Below are positions 1 through 14,655 of a stretch of DNA of 64,000 nucleotides, piece by piece. The stretch comes from Octopus vulgaris. Taxonomy: Eukaryota. Location: positions 83,018,001-83,082,000 of the forward strand of contig OX597824.1 in assembly GCA_951406725.2 (NCBI GenBank), read 5' to 3'. The notes beneath the pieces are model-generated. The model worked only from the letters and a program-made list of their open reading frames with translations. It did not search any database and was not told where the DNA came from. Each line of letters starts with the position of its first letter. Positions within the stretch are counted from its first letter, which is position 1. The position numbers and the translations under genes are program-made.

Positions 1-168
1 TGCTGCGTGAAAGTGTAATACACATTAAAAAGAAAGACCCAACAACAACAACAACAAACAAAAATCTTTATAATGTTGAATGCTGCAGGGTGTATAGAGT
101 GAGTCGTTAAACCTTAATATACAACATGTGAACATGTGATAACTGAAGATTTGTATGATACATCACAG

Positions 169-208
<40 letters not shown>

Positions 209-377
209 TATATATGCATGTATATATATATATATATATATTATACAATATATATGTATATATGCACACATGTGCATATATATATACATGCAATATATAT
301 GTATACACAGACAATAATATATATATATATATTTACACAGACAATATATATATAGACTATATATATAGATATATAGG

Positions 378-463
<86 letters not shown>

Positions 464-482
464 TATATTATATATATATATA

Positions 483-624
<142 letters not shown>

Positions 625-1221
625 TATATATAGACAATATACATGTATGTGTGTGTGTGTGTGTGTGTACATATATATTGTAGCATAGGAAGCTGGATTG
701 ATTATCTTTATTACAAAATTTTTTTTTTTTTTTACTTTTACAACTTTGCTATTGAGCTGCAAATATTCAACATCAATTACATTGCTTTAAGCTTTGCATT
801 AAATACAGGGTTACCAAAACATCTCTCATGTAGTCTCCACCTACCTTAAATATATCATTCTTAAATGTGAACCTTCCAGGATTTCATAAACAACACTATA
901 TCAAAATTTTCAACCATAATAAAATATGCCACACACGCTATGATGTATGTGTGTGTGTGTATGTATATATGTGTGTGTGTGTTTGTGCGAGTGAGTGCGC
1001 ATACGTCACAAAAGAATGAACACGTACCCCGTCCTTCAATTTCCCAGCACACCAATAGCAAGAATAAGCCATGGCAAACATGTCGCTTTTTGGTTTTTTC
1101 TGTTTTTTTTTTCCTTTTAGTTTTTTTTTTTTTTAAATTTTAAAAACGTGTCTCATAAAAAAATACAACTGTTAGACAACGATCAATAAGGTTTCCAGGA
1201 GGGAGAGAAATAAGACAAAGT

Positions 1222-1254
<33 letters not shown>

Positions 1255-1442
1255 GGGTGGTGTTTTGTGTGGTGGTGGCAGGAGGAGAGTGTAGTGTATG
1301 TGGGTGTGTATATGACGAGGAGGAGGAGGAGGGGATAAATATAGTCAAAAGGGACAAAAAAAAAAAAATGAAATTCTTACAATTAATAAATATTTAACAC
1401 AAAAACAAAAAAAATAGACAAAAATTATTGCTAAATTAATAA

Positions 1443-1960
1443 TGGCTTCAAATTTTGCCTCAAGGGCAGCATTTTGGGGCTGGAGATGAGTTGATTACAT
1501 CGACCCTAGTATTTAACTGGTACTTATTTCATCGACCCTGAAAGGATGATAGGCAAAGTTGACCTTAGCAGACTTTGGACTCAGAATGTAAAGCTGCTAA
1601 GCATTTTGCCTGGCAGGTTAACGATTCTGTCAGCTTGCTGCCTTAATAATAATAATAATAATCTTTTCTACTATAGGCACAAAGGCCTGAAATTTTGAGG
1701 GAGGGCAGGAGCTAGTTGATTACATTGACCCCCAATGCTCAACTAGTACTCAACTAGTATCTCTTCTAGGCACAAGGACCGGAATTTTGGGTGGAGGGTG
1801 CCAGTCAATTAGTAAGCAAGTGGTACTTAATTTATCGACCCTGAAAAGACGAAAGGCAAAAACCAACTTCAGCGGAATTTGAACTCAGAACATAAGGACA
1901 GACGAAATACCACTTAGCGTTTCGCCTGGCATGTTAATGTTTCTGCCAGCTCGTTGCCTT
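1443..1960 (-). mobile_element. Cluster of family-A tRNA-derived SINE copies (Meta/MESC-like central domain)
   Basis: Repeated reverse complement of GGCGAGCTGGCAGAA...GAGTTCAAATTC...GCCTTTCATCCTTTCGGGGTCGATAAATTAAGTACCAG, with (ATT)n tails. The domain name is from recall. Confidence 0.8.
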
Positions 1961-2002
1961 AGTGATAGTCATTTTATTGTCCCTGTAAGGACGAATTGTG
2001 AA

Positions 2003-2313
2003 GGCGCATGGCTCAGTGGTTAGAGCGTCGAACTTACGATCGTGAGGTTGTGAGCTCGAATCCCGGACCAGGCTGCGTGTTGTGTTCTTGAGCAATTCAC
2101 TCAGCTGTAGAAATGAGTTGCGACATCACTGGTGCCAAGCTGTATCGACCTTTGTCTTTCCCTTGGATAACACTGGTGGCATGGAGAAGGGAGTTCGGTA
2201 TGCATGGGTGAAGGCTGGTCTTCCATAAAGAACCTTGTCCGGACTTGTGCCTGGGAGGGTAACTTTCTAGGTACAATCCCATGGTCTGTGTCGTGACCGA
2301 AGGGGGTCTCCGA
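2003..2313 (+). mobile_element. tRNA-derived SINE nested in a family-A SINE
   Basis: A box TGGCTCAGTGG and B box GCTCGAATCC. TSD taaggac(g/a)aa at 1986-1995 and 2314-2323. Related copy at 63614-64000. Confidence 0.82.
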
Positions 2314-2484
2314 TAAGGACAAAATGCAAAGTTGATCATGGCAGCATTTAAACTCAGAATAGAAAGCCAGACGAAATGTCACAAAACATTTTGTCCAGCA
2401 TGACTTCTAATTTTAGCACAATGCCAGCAATTTTTTTAGCAGGAAGAAATTACAGTGAACTGCATCAACAGTCAGCTGCTAAGC

Positions 2485-3050
2485 ATTTTATCAACTCCCA
2501 AAAAGGATGACAAGCAAAGTCGGCATCAGTGGAATTTGAACTCAGACTGTAATACTGTAATTAACAATAATCCTTTCTATTATAGTCACAAGGCCTGAAA
2601 GTTTGGGGGAGGGAGCTAAGTTAATTACATCAACCCCAGTACACAGCTGGTACTCATTTTATCAACCCCAAAAAAGGATGACAAGTAAAGTCAACATCAG
2701 TGGAATTTGAACTCAAGACTGTAATTAACAATATTCCTTTCTATTATAGTCACAAGGCCTGAAAGTTTGGAGGAGGGAGCTAGTTAATTACATCAACCCC
2801 AGTACACAACTGGTACTTATTTTATCAACCCCCAAAAAGGATGACAAGTAAAGTCAACATCAGTGGAATTTGAACTCAAGACTGTAATTAACAATATTCC
2901 TTTCTATTATAGTCACAAAGCCTGAAAGTTTGGGGGAAGGAGCTAGTTAATTACATCAACCCCAGTACACAACTGGTACTCATTTTATCAACCCTAAAAA
3001 AGGATGACAAGCAAAGTTGGCCTCGGCAGAATTTGAACTCAGAATGTAAA
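2485..3050 (-). repeat. About 3.5 tandem copies (period about 162-165 bp) of a family-A SINE fragment
   Basis: cctttctattatagtcacaa recurs at about 2572, 2737 and 2899. Confidence 0.85.
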
Positions 3051-4224
3051 GATTAATAAGAATGATAATATTAGAGATGATGAAGCCTATAAATTGAAGA
3101 TTAACAATATTAGAACTTAATATTAACAACAACAACAACCAAAAAAAAAATTGGGGGTGGGATGGTGAGAGTTGTGTGTTATGTGATTTGGTTGCAGATT
3201 AATAAACCCTTGGGAACAGCATTCAGCAATCGAACACTGATTGTAAAAAGATGTGTTGGTGTCTTGAAGCGGTGAAGAAGACAAGACAACAGAAGAACAA
3301 AACAAAGGGACACATGAAGTCAAGGATAGAATACAAAGAACAGGGGAATAGAAGAATAAAAAAAAAGAACGGGGTGGATGTAGAGGAAAACAAAAAACAA
3401 AAATGAAATGAAATGAAATAAAAAATAAGCCAGTTCAATTGGTTAGAAGGTGACTGAAGTAATGGGTGTGTTATCATTAAAAAAATGCAGTAAATAGTGG
3501 GGAATGGGGGTAGAGAGGGCTCAAACACACTCATAGACAGTAAGACAAATATCCAAATGTCTTTAAAACTAACTGAATCCTTAAAAAAAAAAGTGGGAGT
3601 GACTTATCACTCCTCGCTAGTATAATAATTATAATTAGTGGAATTGCTGCTAAATAATAATAATAATAATAATCCTTTCTACTATAGGCACAAGGCCTAG
3701 ATTTTCTGGGGAGGGGGACAATTGATCACATCAACCCCAGGACTCAACTGAAAAGGTGAAAGGCAAAGTCTACCTCGGCAGGATTTGAACCCAGAACATA
3801 GCAACAGGCAAAATACCGCTAAGCGTTTTGCCCAGTGTGCTAATGATTCTGCCAGCTCGATGGCTTATTACTACTACTAATAATAATGATGATGATGGCT
3901 TCTAGCATTAGTACAAATATGTATTATTTGGAGCAAGGAATAAAAATTGTATTGGACTTCATCGACCCTTTATTATTACTTTTATCCTTGATCAATAAAC
4001 TGTCTGTCCCTCTCTCTTTTCAGTTTACAAATGGAATTGAAACTGAATGTCTTAGGCAGATGACAGTAACAGACTTTCTACAGCAGCATCCCCAGATTTC
4101 AAATACCAAACTCAACATCTCATCCATCGATAGAAACTCTTGTGGTAAACAAAGCACAAGAGAAACAGAATGCCGTGACATTTACAATCACCATCCCACC
4201 AGATAAGTAGTAACCTAGCTTCCA

Positions 4225-4273
<49 letters not shown>

Positions 4274-5584
4274 CACACACACAGTTGAAGTGTCAGTGAG
4301 CGAGGGGAGGGGTGGCATCAATACATCAATGATTACACATAACAGCTTGCTGAATAGATTAATCCTTGGGCACAGGCAATGCTGTATGGTTAACAAGTTT
4401 GCTTTTTCAAATCTGTTGTTTTAGGTTCAATCCTACACTGCAATAACTTGGTTGTTTTTTTTTTGTTTTTGTTTTTTTGTTTTAATCATAGTCTTGGGTC
4501 AGCCCAAAGCTTTGAGAATGAAGGACAGTTCCTGTTATTATATGCAATAGTTAATCTGACACTAGCCATGAAACTCAAAAATTGGGAGAATCCAGTTCCC
4601 ATGACATATAAGTGACGAAGATCACAAGCAACTCCCACCCCACTTCACCCCCTGCAAGGCCATTGCAGAGTTAATTGCCCATATAATTGTTGGAACTCAT
4701 TTACAGTGAAGAAAACTAGAATGAAGTGCTTTTTTGTTTTTTTAAGAACCCAATGCACCACATGATCTAGGGATCAAAACTCTGATCTTATGACCACAAA
4801 TGCAGCACCCAAACCATCAGGACTCTATGCACCTTCGCTGTACTTAAGCTGTTACCCAATTCAATACTATCACCTGGTCCTGGGATGTCGTCTGTGGAAT
4901 ACACACTGTAGAAAGTACTCAAGCCGGAGCTGTGATCTGATGATAAATAACTTCCGCTTTTTACTTTTCACTAGTCGTGGAGACCCTAGAAAGGGTCAGA
5001 GTCACAAAACATTGCCCTTCCTCTTTAGCAAAAAAAAAAAAAAAGTTCCCAATTTTGCAAGAAATGGTTCCATTAAAGTGGAATAAGGAAATAATGTTTG
5101 ATTCGTATAAGAATTGCACATGTGAATACACCGACACACACAAACTCGATTTTAAGTTTTGAACAATAAAAATTAACATTTGCTTAAAATAAATTAGGAA
5201 ATAATTTGACTCGTCAGCAATATGACATGCCTGTTATCAACAAAATGGCAAAAGTCATATTTGGAATGTAGTAATACCTCATGTCTACTTTGCGTTATGT
5301 TTGCTATTCAACCAAATATAGTTTTATCAAACCAGTTTATATATTGCCATCCTTCATACAAACATAACAATAGCAATTAATACAGCTTCAAATAATAATA
5401 AACCCTGCTAATGCCAGCCTACCTGATGTAGCCAGTATCAATGTGTTTGTATTTAGAGGGAAATATTTTTTATCAAAATCATGTTGTAAAATGGAAGATG
5501 ACATTAGACTGCAGCTGGTTGACACCAAGATATTATTATATAACCATATCGTCGTTTAACGTCCGTTCTCCATGCTAGCATGGG

Positions 5585-5637
<53 letters not shown>

Positions 5638-7019
5638 ATAGATAATGTATATATACCATTGATAGGCCAGTTACTGAAGTATTTGCATGAACTGGTCTAC
5701 TGACAGTGGTTATGCATTTAGTATGATACATAGATGGCTATTTTAATTAAACACTGCCTCAGTTGCATATAGCAGATAATATGCATCATATTTTACTAAA
5801 CCCATAAAACATCTTGATTATTTTGAAATATTAAATTCAAACATGGAGACAGCAGTTTACTTATCAACAATATAAAATGTTGAAAGGATTAAAATAACTT
5901 AGATTCAAATACATTCACAATCACACATACTTACTGGTAATGTGTTCAAAGTGAACAGGTTGATATATTTTAAAGAAGTACATTAGTATGTATGTATGTA
6001 TGTATGTATGTATGTGTATAAAAATTGAGGGAATAGGTAAAATCCATTTCATCACACCAGTAGCACTTCCTGCAGGAACCTGGCTAGCAAAGTGTTCAAA
6101 TAGCAGTGTGATGGTTACATATTTTAATTGACCAAAGAACAATTAATTATATTTCAGTCAATTATTAAAGGAGCACTCTGCTATTCCAAGGTGCATATAT
6201 ATATACATATATATATATGTGCATGTACTTGGCTTCTATTCCGCACACTAGCCTATCCTAAGGTTGATATCCCACACTGTACTAGACTGGATATTGGAGT
6301 GGAGTGTGGAACCCTCTATTGAGCCCGATCTTTGGAGTAATGTTGTACTTCAGAGCACCTTTATTCAAAATTGGATTTGCTAAACAAACCCAAAGACTTG
6401 TTTATATATACACCAACTGAACTGAAGAAATAAGAACTACCAAAACCAGATCACAGAAATAAAATGAAAAAAAAAAAAAACATTTCGAAAGTAGATAAAC
6501 AAAATTTATAAGAGATAAACATTAAAAAACATAAGGAAATAAAATAAAATAAAATAAAATAAAATAAAATAAAGGTCAGGTGTGTCTTGGAAGGTGAGAC
6601 AATACAAACATCAGCAGCAAGGAGGAGACATAATAATTAGGTGTATTTTTTTATTTATTAATTTTTTTGTTTGTTTTTTTTTTGTGTTTTGCAATTATCA
6701 TTATCATTATTATTATTATGGACAAAATAGTGCAGCAGTTACAGAAATATTCTTTAAAAAACTAAATTTCAAAAAATATCACTTTGAAAATAAAATAAAT
6801 TTTACATTTTTTTTTTTAATTTTTTTTTTTTTTTTCAGATATTTCCCATCTCTTTCTTTCCAGAATATTCTGGGGGTGGGGGGCGTGATAGATTATAAGG
6901 AGGAATAGATTCTTAGTGTAAAACATTCATCGAAATAGGAAGACTAAAGACGTGTGTATGGTGGTGGAGGTGCATGCGTGAGTGAGTGATTGAGTGAGTG
7001 AGTGAGTGAGTGTGGAAAG

Positions 7020-7052
<33 letters not shown>

Positions 7053-7593
7053 AGGGGAGAAAGAGAGGAGTAAAGTCGGAGCAGTGTTGTTCTAATAACT
7101 ACACACGGAGATCAAGAAATAAAAAAAAAAAAAGAGAGAGAGAGCAAAAAAAAAAAAAAAAAAAAAAAAAATATACAACTTGAAAAACTTTATCAGAAAC
7201 ACATGAAAACCAAACATCATCATAGTACATGGAACAGCATGTTAGAAACAGTGATTGTACGTATGAACAATTATACAAATTATTTTATATATAATATACA
7301 CGAGCAGGAACAAACGTGTTTGAATGTGTTTTATACATACATACATATACATATATATATATATATATGTACATACATATATAATAAAGCATGGAACATA
7401 TAGACCTCTATTTCAATGACACTAAGGTCCGTTTAATTTTTTATTGTTACATGTGTTTTATGAGCATGTGTATATATATATATGTAGGTATGAATATATA
7501 TATATATATATATGTATATATAAGTATTATATATATATTTATATATATGTATTTTTAAACATATATTATATACATACTATATATATATTTATA

Positions 7594-7625
<32 letters not shown>

Positions 7626-7641
7626 CATTTTATATATATAT

Positions 7642-7692
<51 letters not shown>

Positions 7693-7903
7693 ATTATATA
7701 TATATTTATATATATGTATATTTTAAATATATATATATATACATACTATATATATATATTATATATATATATTATATATATTTATATATATATATATATA
7801 TGTATGTATATATGTATTTATATATATATATGTATATATAGATATATGTATTTATATATATATGTATTATATATATATATATATATATATAGATATATGT
7901 ATT

Positions 7904-7950
<47 letters not shown>

Positions 7951-8262
7951 GTATTTATAGATATGTATGTATTTATATATATATTCACACACTCGCACAC
8001 ATATATATATTCCTACCCAGTGAAACAAAGTAACTCAGTCAGCATGTAAGATACAGTGGTTATTGTCAACAAAGTAATTCCAATTTTATAAAGTTGAATA
8101 ACAGAGGATATCGGGCAGAGGGACAGAGTGACATAATCATTCCTCTAACCCCCGCCCCTCTTATTTCTGTGACACACAGACATAGCAAAAAAAAAAAGAA
8201 AAAGAAAACAAAAAAAAAACAACAAAAATTTCAATAATAATAATAATAATAATATTAATACT

Positions 8263-8731
8263 GGTTTCAAAGTTTGGCACAAGGCCAGAAATTTCAGGGA
8301 AGGGGTTAAGTTGATTACATCAACCCCCAGTATTCAACTGGTACTTATTTTATCGACCCTGAAAGGATGAAAGGCAAAGTTGACCGTGGCAGAATTTGAA
8401 TTCAGAATGTAAAAATGGGTGAAATGCCGCAAAGCATTTTGACTGGTGTACTAACGGTTCTGTTGGCTGACTGCCTTGAATAATGATAATAATAAAAATA
8501 ATAGTAATAATGACATTGGCTTCAAATTTTGGCACAAGGCCAGCAATTTCGAGGGAGGGGCTAGGTCTACTACATCGACCCCCAGCGCTCAGCTGGTACT
8601 TATTTTTGTCAACCCTGAAAGAATGAAAAGCAAAGTTGGCCCCAGCGGAATTTGAACTCAGAATTAAAGACAGACAAAATGCTGCTAAGCATATTGCCTG
8701 GCATGCTAACGATTCTGCCAGCTCGCCGCCT
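8263..8731 (-). mobile_element. Two family-A SINE copies
   Basis: Both carry the gaaaggatgaaaggcaaagt...gaatttgaactcagaa core and are embedded in (AAT)n. Confidence 0.8.
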
Positions 8732-8754
8732 ATAATGATAGAAATATTAGTAAA

Positions 8755-8795
<41 letters not shown>

Positions 8796-9479
8796 GTGAA
8801 TAGTGACATGTTGACAGGAACTGTTCAACTCAGGAGGGATTCCATAGAGATCTTTTCGTTAAGAAAAAAGTCTCTGTAGCAAAGATAAAACCTTGCATCA
8901 TTAATTGGTTGGTTGGCCATAACCCAGCAGTAGTAGAAAGATACCACAATATGCAGCAGAATAATATATTTAAACCCTATTTAATGTGTTTAGTACTATG
9001 TGGTACTAGCAGCAGGATTGAACACCTCCCCCCAATTTATTGGTGGCTCAAAATTTATACAAATTAAGACAGATAAACAACACACACACACACACACACA
9101 CAGATATGTACATGCACAAACACCCACATATGCATACACACACACACAGACACAATATCTCAAATGTGTACTCTAGCTTCTGTCCTTTCTAATACCACTG
9201 AAAACAATTCCCTAGTTTCACTTTCAAAACACAATTTCTTGCTTGTCTCCAACCCTATGCAGCAGATGGACTCATCCACGGTACAGGGCTTGTCCCATTT
9301 TCTTGTACATTATTAAATAAACACCATCTCACGAATATTTTGAATTTGATCATTTGCCACATGAAACTGCAGGGAGTTAGTAATCTTGTAGCAAGTTTTC
9401 TAACTTCATTTAAAATATTTATTTTGCTCAACATCAAGTTTTGAGTCTTCCTTAATTGCCATTGTTTACTGTGTGCATG

Positions 9480-9817
9480 TGTGCATATACATACACATGA
9501 CGCATATATGTGTGTGTTGGTATATGTGTGTATATATATGTATATATATATATATATGCATGTACATATATATATATATGTACATATATATGCATGTACA
9601 TATATATATATGTACATATATATATGTACATATATAAGAATACATATATAAGTATACATATATACATATATGTACATATATATATACATATCTACATATA
9701 TGTACATATATATACATATATACATATATATTCATATATATACATATATATACATATATGTACATATATATACATATATATACATATATACATATATGTA
9801 CATATATACATATATGT

Positions 9818-9848
<31 letters not shown>

Positions 9849-10130
9849 CATATACATATATGTACATACATATATATACATACATAAATATATATACATA
9901 TATATACATACATATATATATATATACATATATATACATACATATATATATATATACATATACATATACATAGATATATACATACATATATATACGTATA
10001 TATGTATCTATCTATATCTATATATATATATATATATGCTCACATATACAAGCATATTTGTTTTAAATAATCTACACATGCACACACATATAATTATATA
10101 TCTATATATCTATATACATACACATATATG
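9480..10130. repeat. Compound (TA)n/TGTACATA microsatellite
   Basis: Direct reading. Source of many spurious YI-rich ORFs. Confidence 0.95.
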
Positions 10131-10475
10131 AATATATGTATACATATCAAGTGGCATAGACAAATACCAACTTAAACACACAAATACATACATACATATC
10201 TATGCACACACAAACACTACTTTCACTTCAATCATACACAGTAGAGGAAGGGGAGAGTGGGGAAAGGGGAAGATTGCTTTATATTATATATATTTTGCTT
10301 CTTTGTATATTTTTTGCTTTGTTTTTTTTTATAGAAAAATTGCTCCTATATATTTCAATACTTTCAAAGACAATTCAAAATTTCATCACAATGTTATTAT
10401 TTTTAAAGCCAATTTATAAAATGTCCGTGGGTTATTTAGGTTTCTTTCTAATTTTTTTTTTTTCATGGATCCGAC

Positions 10476-10518
<43 letters not shown>

Positions 10519-10798
10519 GAAGAAAGAAAAGAAAGAAGGAAGGACGAAAGGAAACAGTAAACACCACCACGTTAGCAATAATATTCCGTAAACCCAACAA
10601 GAATGTGTTTGTGTGTGTTTATATGTGCATATATACAGCCACACATCTATAAATACGTATACAGATATACATAATATGTAAGTATAAATATATACATATA
10701 TGTTCATAATATTTTATATATATATATATATATACTTAAGAGATATATACATGTGTATCATATACATACAAATATATTCATTCATACATACACTATAG

Positions 10799-10849
<51 letters not shown>

Positions 10850-11079
10850 TACACATATATATTTACATATATCAGTGAAAACATAGCAAGACATTCGGTA
10901 TCTTCCAAAAAATCGTGATATTAATTTCTATACAATTTGTTCAATTTTATTTCATTTAATTTTTTTTTGTTAGTTTGTTATTTTTAAGCGTAAGTAAAAA
11001 AAAATATTGACTTATATTTAGTAAATGCTGGTGATGGTGTTGATGGCTATTTTGACAGTAGTGATTATTATTATTATTA

Positions 11080-11115
<36 letters not shown>

Positions 11116-11589
11116 GGATGCAGTCACAGGTAAAAACATAAGGTATCAAATTTATAATCAGACATCATGAGCCCAAAAACGGATACATATATACAGACAA
11201 CATACACACACCTATATATAGGATTAAGCATGTGCTCACGACCATTTATTCATATATACATACATATATATATATATGTATATATGTATGCATGTACATA
11301 TATATGTATGTGTGTTTGTTTGCGTTAATATATATATATATATATACACACACACATATATACATAAATAAGCATATATACGTAGAACTGTTAGCATGTG
11401 TATATGTTTGCTTTCACAAACATACATTTATATAGTTGACGTTAATTCCTTTAAAATCATCTGAAGTCGGTACCAATTGCTAACATACGATTGCTGTATC
11501 CCTTCGAGAAGGGAGGTGATTTCAATAATTCAAGAATTTATCTGGCACACATTGTATTATTTCTCTTAGCTCATTTTCATTCCACTTGC

Positions 11590-11596
11590 ATATGTA

Positions 11597-11648
<52 letters not shown>

Positions 11649-12221
11649 TATTTATACATACATATATATATACATACATACATATATATGTACATATATA
11701 TATATATATATACATATATATGTACATACATATATATATATATATATACATATATATGTACATACATATATATATACATATATATGTATACATATATATA
11801 TATATATATATGTACATATATATATACATATATATATACATATATATGTACATATATATATACATATATATATACATATATATGTACATACATATATATA
11901 TATATATATATACATATATATGTACATACATATATATATACATATATATATACATATATATGTACATACATATATATATACATATATATATACATATATA
12001 TGTACATACATATATATATACATATATATATACATACATATGTACATACATATATATATATATATATGTACATACATATATATATATATATGTACATACA
12101 TATATATATATATGTACATACATATATATATATATGTACATACATATATATATATATGTACATACATATATATATATATATGTACATACATATATGTTTA
12201 TATATATATATATATATATAT
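11590..12221. repeat. (TA)n microsatellite with higher-order TATATATGTACATACA units
   Basis: Direct reading. Confidence 0.95.
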
Positions 12222-13333
12222 GGAAATATTAACATAAAATTTTAGGTGTGTATATACAGTAACTTATATAATATACACAACAAGTTCGTGTAAGCAAGCA
12301 AACATATACATACATACATACATACATACAGAGGAAATTTAGAAGCCATGTTGTGTCCAATGGGAATGCAACTGGTAAAAATCATATTAACACAATTATA
12401 TAAACACGGATGTGTGTGTGTCTGCATATGTGTATATATACATATATATGCTTGTGTGTATCTGTCTGTATATACATTGTGTGCAAAAGTGCTTACTACA
12501 GCCATACTTTAAAATAAAATTTTTTAAAAATTGATCAAGATGTAAATTGCTAATGGCAAAACACCCCAATAAAAATTTCACTAGAAAGTGATATGATTGT
12601 CCACTTGACAGAATACAGTATAAAATTAGAATACAACTTGTTTTTTGGTTTGTTTCAGTATTTCATGTATTTTTTTTTCTTCTTCTTTTCGAGTGTATTT
12701 ACATAAAGTGCGTTCATCTACCCAGAGTACAAGTATGTAGGTGATATTATTTAATTTTTAAAATAATAATAATAATAATAGTAATAATAACAGTGAGTGT
12801 GTCACCTCCCTCTCCCAGGAGGTATGAAGGTTTGGGTAGTTGGTGATGGAAAATAAATTACAAATATATTTTGTATATGTATGCTTATATATCATATATA
12901 TATATATATGTGTGTATGTATATATGTATGTATCTATATATATATATATATATATAATATATATATATATATATGTATGTATCTATATATATAATATTTA
13001 TATATTTTGTGTGTGTATATATATATGTTTAATACTTTTTTTTGAGCACAAGAATTGGTCGGTCTCTCATTGAAAAACTGTTCAATTACAAATTCAAAGT
13101 CTGTGGTAATTTTATATATATATATATATAATTCCCTAATATGCTTTTTTGTTAAATTTTTATGCTTTTCTTTGAAAGAAGGGGGATCATCACTGTATAC
13201 ACATGCGTAAATGTGTAGTGCGTGTGTGTGCGCATGTACATGTATGTGTATACATATATATATATATATACATACATATACACATAAAAGTTTATATATA
13301 CATTTTCTTTTCATATACTTTTTTTTAATATGC

Positions 13334-13384
<51 letters not shown>

Positions 13385-13871
13385 TTCACACACACACACA
13401 TGGGCAAATACCAACAACTACTACAAAGAAATACTATTAGAAAAAAAAAGAAAACCCTTACCAAAAATGAAAATAAAAAAAAAGAAAACAAACAACTTGT
13501 TGTTTAGTTAATCAGCTAATTAATTTGCGTGTCATTGATTTCATTAGATTGAACTTTGCGTATAAAGTTTGAGAAAAACGTTTTTTTTTTTCAAAATTTA
13601 GTTTTATAATAGTAATTTTGTTGGATCACACCCACCTCATACACACACACATATATATATATACATACACGCAATAATGACCACCACTTGAAAATAACTA
13701 TTGAACAATCTAAACAAGCTCACAAGTTGATCAAGGTAGGCCCTCATCTCTCTCAGATTCCATCATACTTTCTTAACCATGTTACAAATGCATCTTCTCT
13801 CAATGTCACCACTAACAACAACAACAACAACAACAAAAGCCACCACTAAGCATCAGCAATATTGCTTTCAT

Positions 13872-14054
13872 CTATGCAAAAACCAACACGCCTGTTCTGG
13901 CGCTGAGGTTTGAACCTGTATCCTCAAACCTCTTCACGATGGCCACCCCCTCATGTCCGGATAGTGTTTTGTCCTGCTCTACACAGTTCTTTTGTATTTT
14001 GGTCTGGATAGCTGCTATACTCTGGTGAAAATGATTAGAGGATAACTGTTCCAC
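13872..14054 (-). mobile_element. Possible decayed Tc1/mariner transposase N-terminal fragment
   Basis: IVKRFEDTGS resembles the Tc1-type HTH motif IVKRFxETGS. No TIRs identified. Confidence 0.3.
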
Positions 14055-14259
14055 TAACTAATTCATTCATTCATTAAGCATCAAGCCATTGTATGATTTG
14101 GATATGGTACGCCCAGCCCTTTGGAACATTCGTTATGCAAATAAAGTAATATAAGCATCTAATTCTTCATTCATCGTCTGATTATTTTATATATATATAT
14201 GTGTGCATGCGTGTGTGCATGTGTGTGTGCACATATGTATACACATACATGTGCTTGTG

Positions 14260-14309
<50 letters not shown>

Positions 14310-14315
14310 CACAAC

Positions 14316-14655
14316 TTATAAACAAGGGCAAAAGAAAAAAAATGTTTAATGCCAAATATGCCGAAACTAGACACAACGTCCATAACCATATAATTCATCA
14401 ATATAAGCACACGTCTCAAAGAAAGCCGACAGAAATTTCTTAAGAATTTCATTATTATCATATCGGACCCGATTTCAGAGTTGATTCATAAGAACCTTCT
14501 CTTCGTCAGTGATAAATGTGGCAAAGAAATAAATGAAATACTTGCTTATACCCATGGAAGAAGCAAACACTAAGTCATGAGCACAACTAAGAACCCCAAA
14601 TGCAGTTTCGGCATATTTGGCATTAGAAATTTTTTTATTTTGCCTTTGTTTATAA
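14316..14655. mobile_element. Inverted-repeat element enclosing a hammerhead motif (Penelope-like remnant or MITE)
   Basis: About 53-bp arms at 14316-14368 and 14604-14655, including a perfect 22-bp taatgccaaatatgccgaaact/agtttcggcatatttggcatta pair. Flanked by TA-rich tracts. Confidence 0.65.
14461..14514 (-). ncRNA. Candidate type I hammerhead ribozyme
   Basis: Minus strand: UAUCA-CUGACGA-AGAG aa GGUUC uuau GAAUC aa CUCU-GAA-AUCGGGU-C^CGAUA. Clean helix II and GUC triplet. One A.C mismatch in helix I next to the core. Confidence 0.68.

Noticed and set aside
91-110. tatagagtgagtcgttaa resembles a reversed T7 promoter
   Set aside because: It has an insertion and mismatches relative to TATAGTGAGTCGTATTA and there is no other vector sequence.
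2003-2075. tRNA-like sequence with A and B boxes
   Set aside because: Acceptor and anticodon stems do not pair and it continues into a SINE body with a TSD, so it is a SINE head rather than a tRNA gene.
4931-5006. CTGATGA...GAAA with flanking tgtgat/gtcaca pairing
   Set aside because: No NUH triplet or helix III, and the GAAA sits in a competing gaccct/agggtc hairpin.
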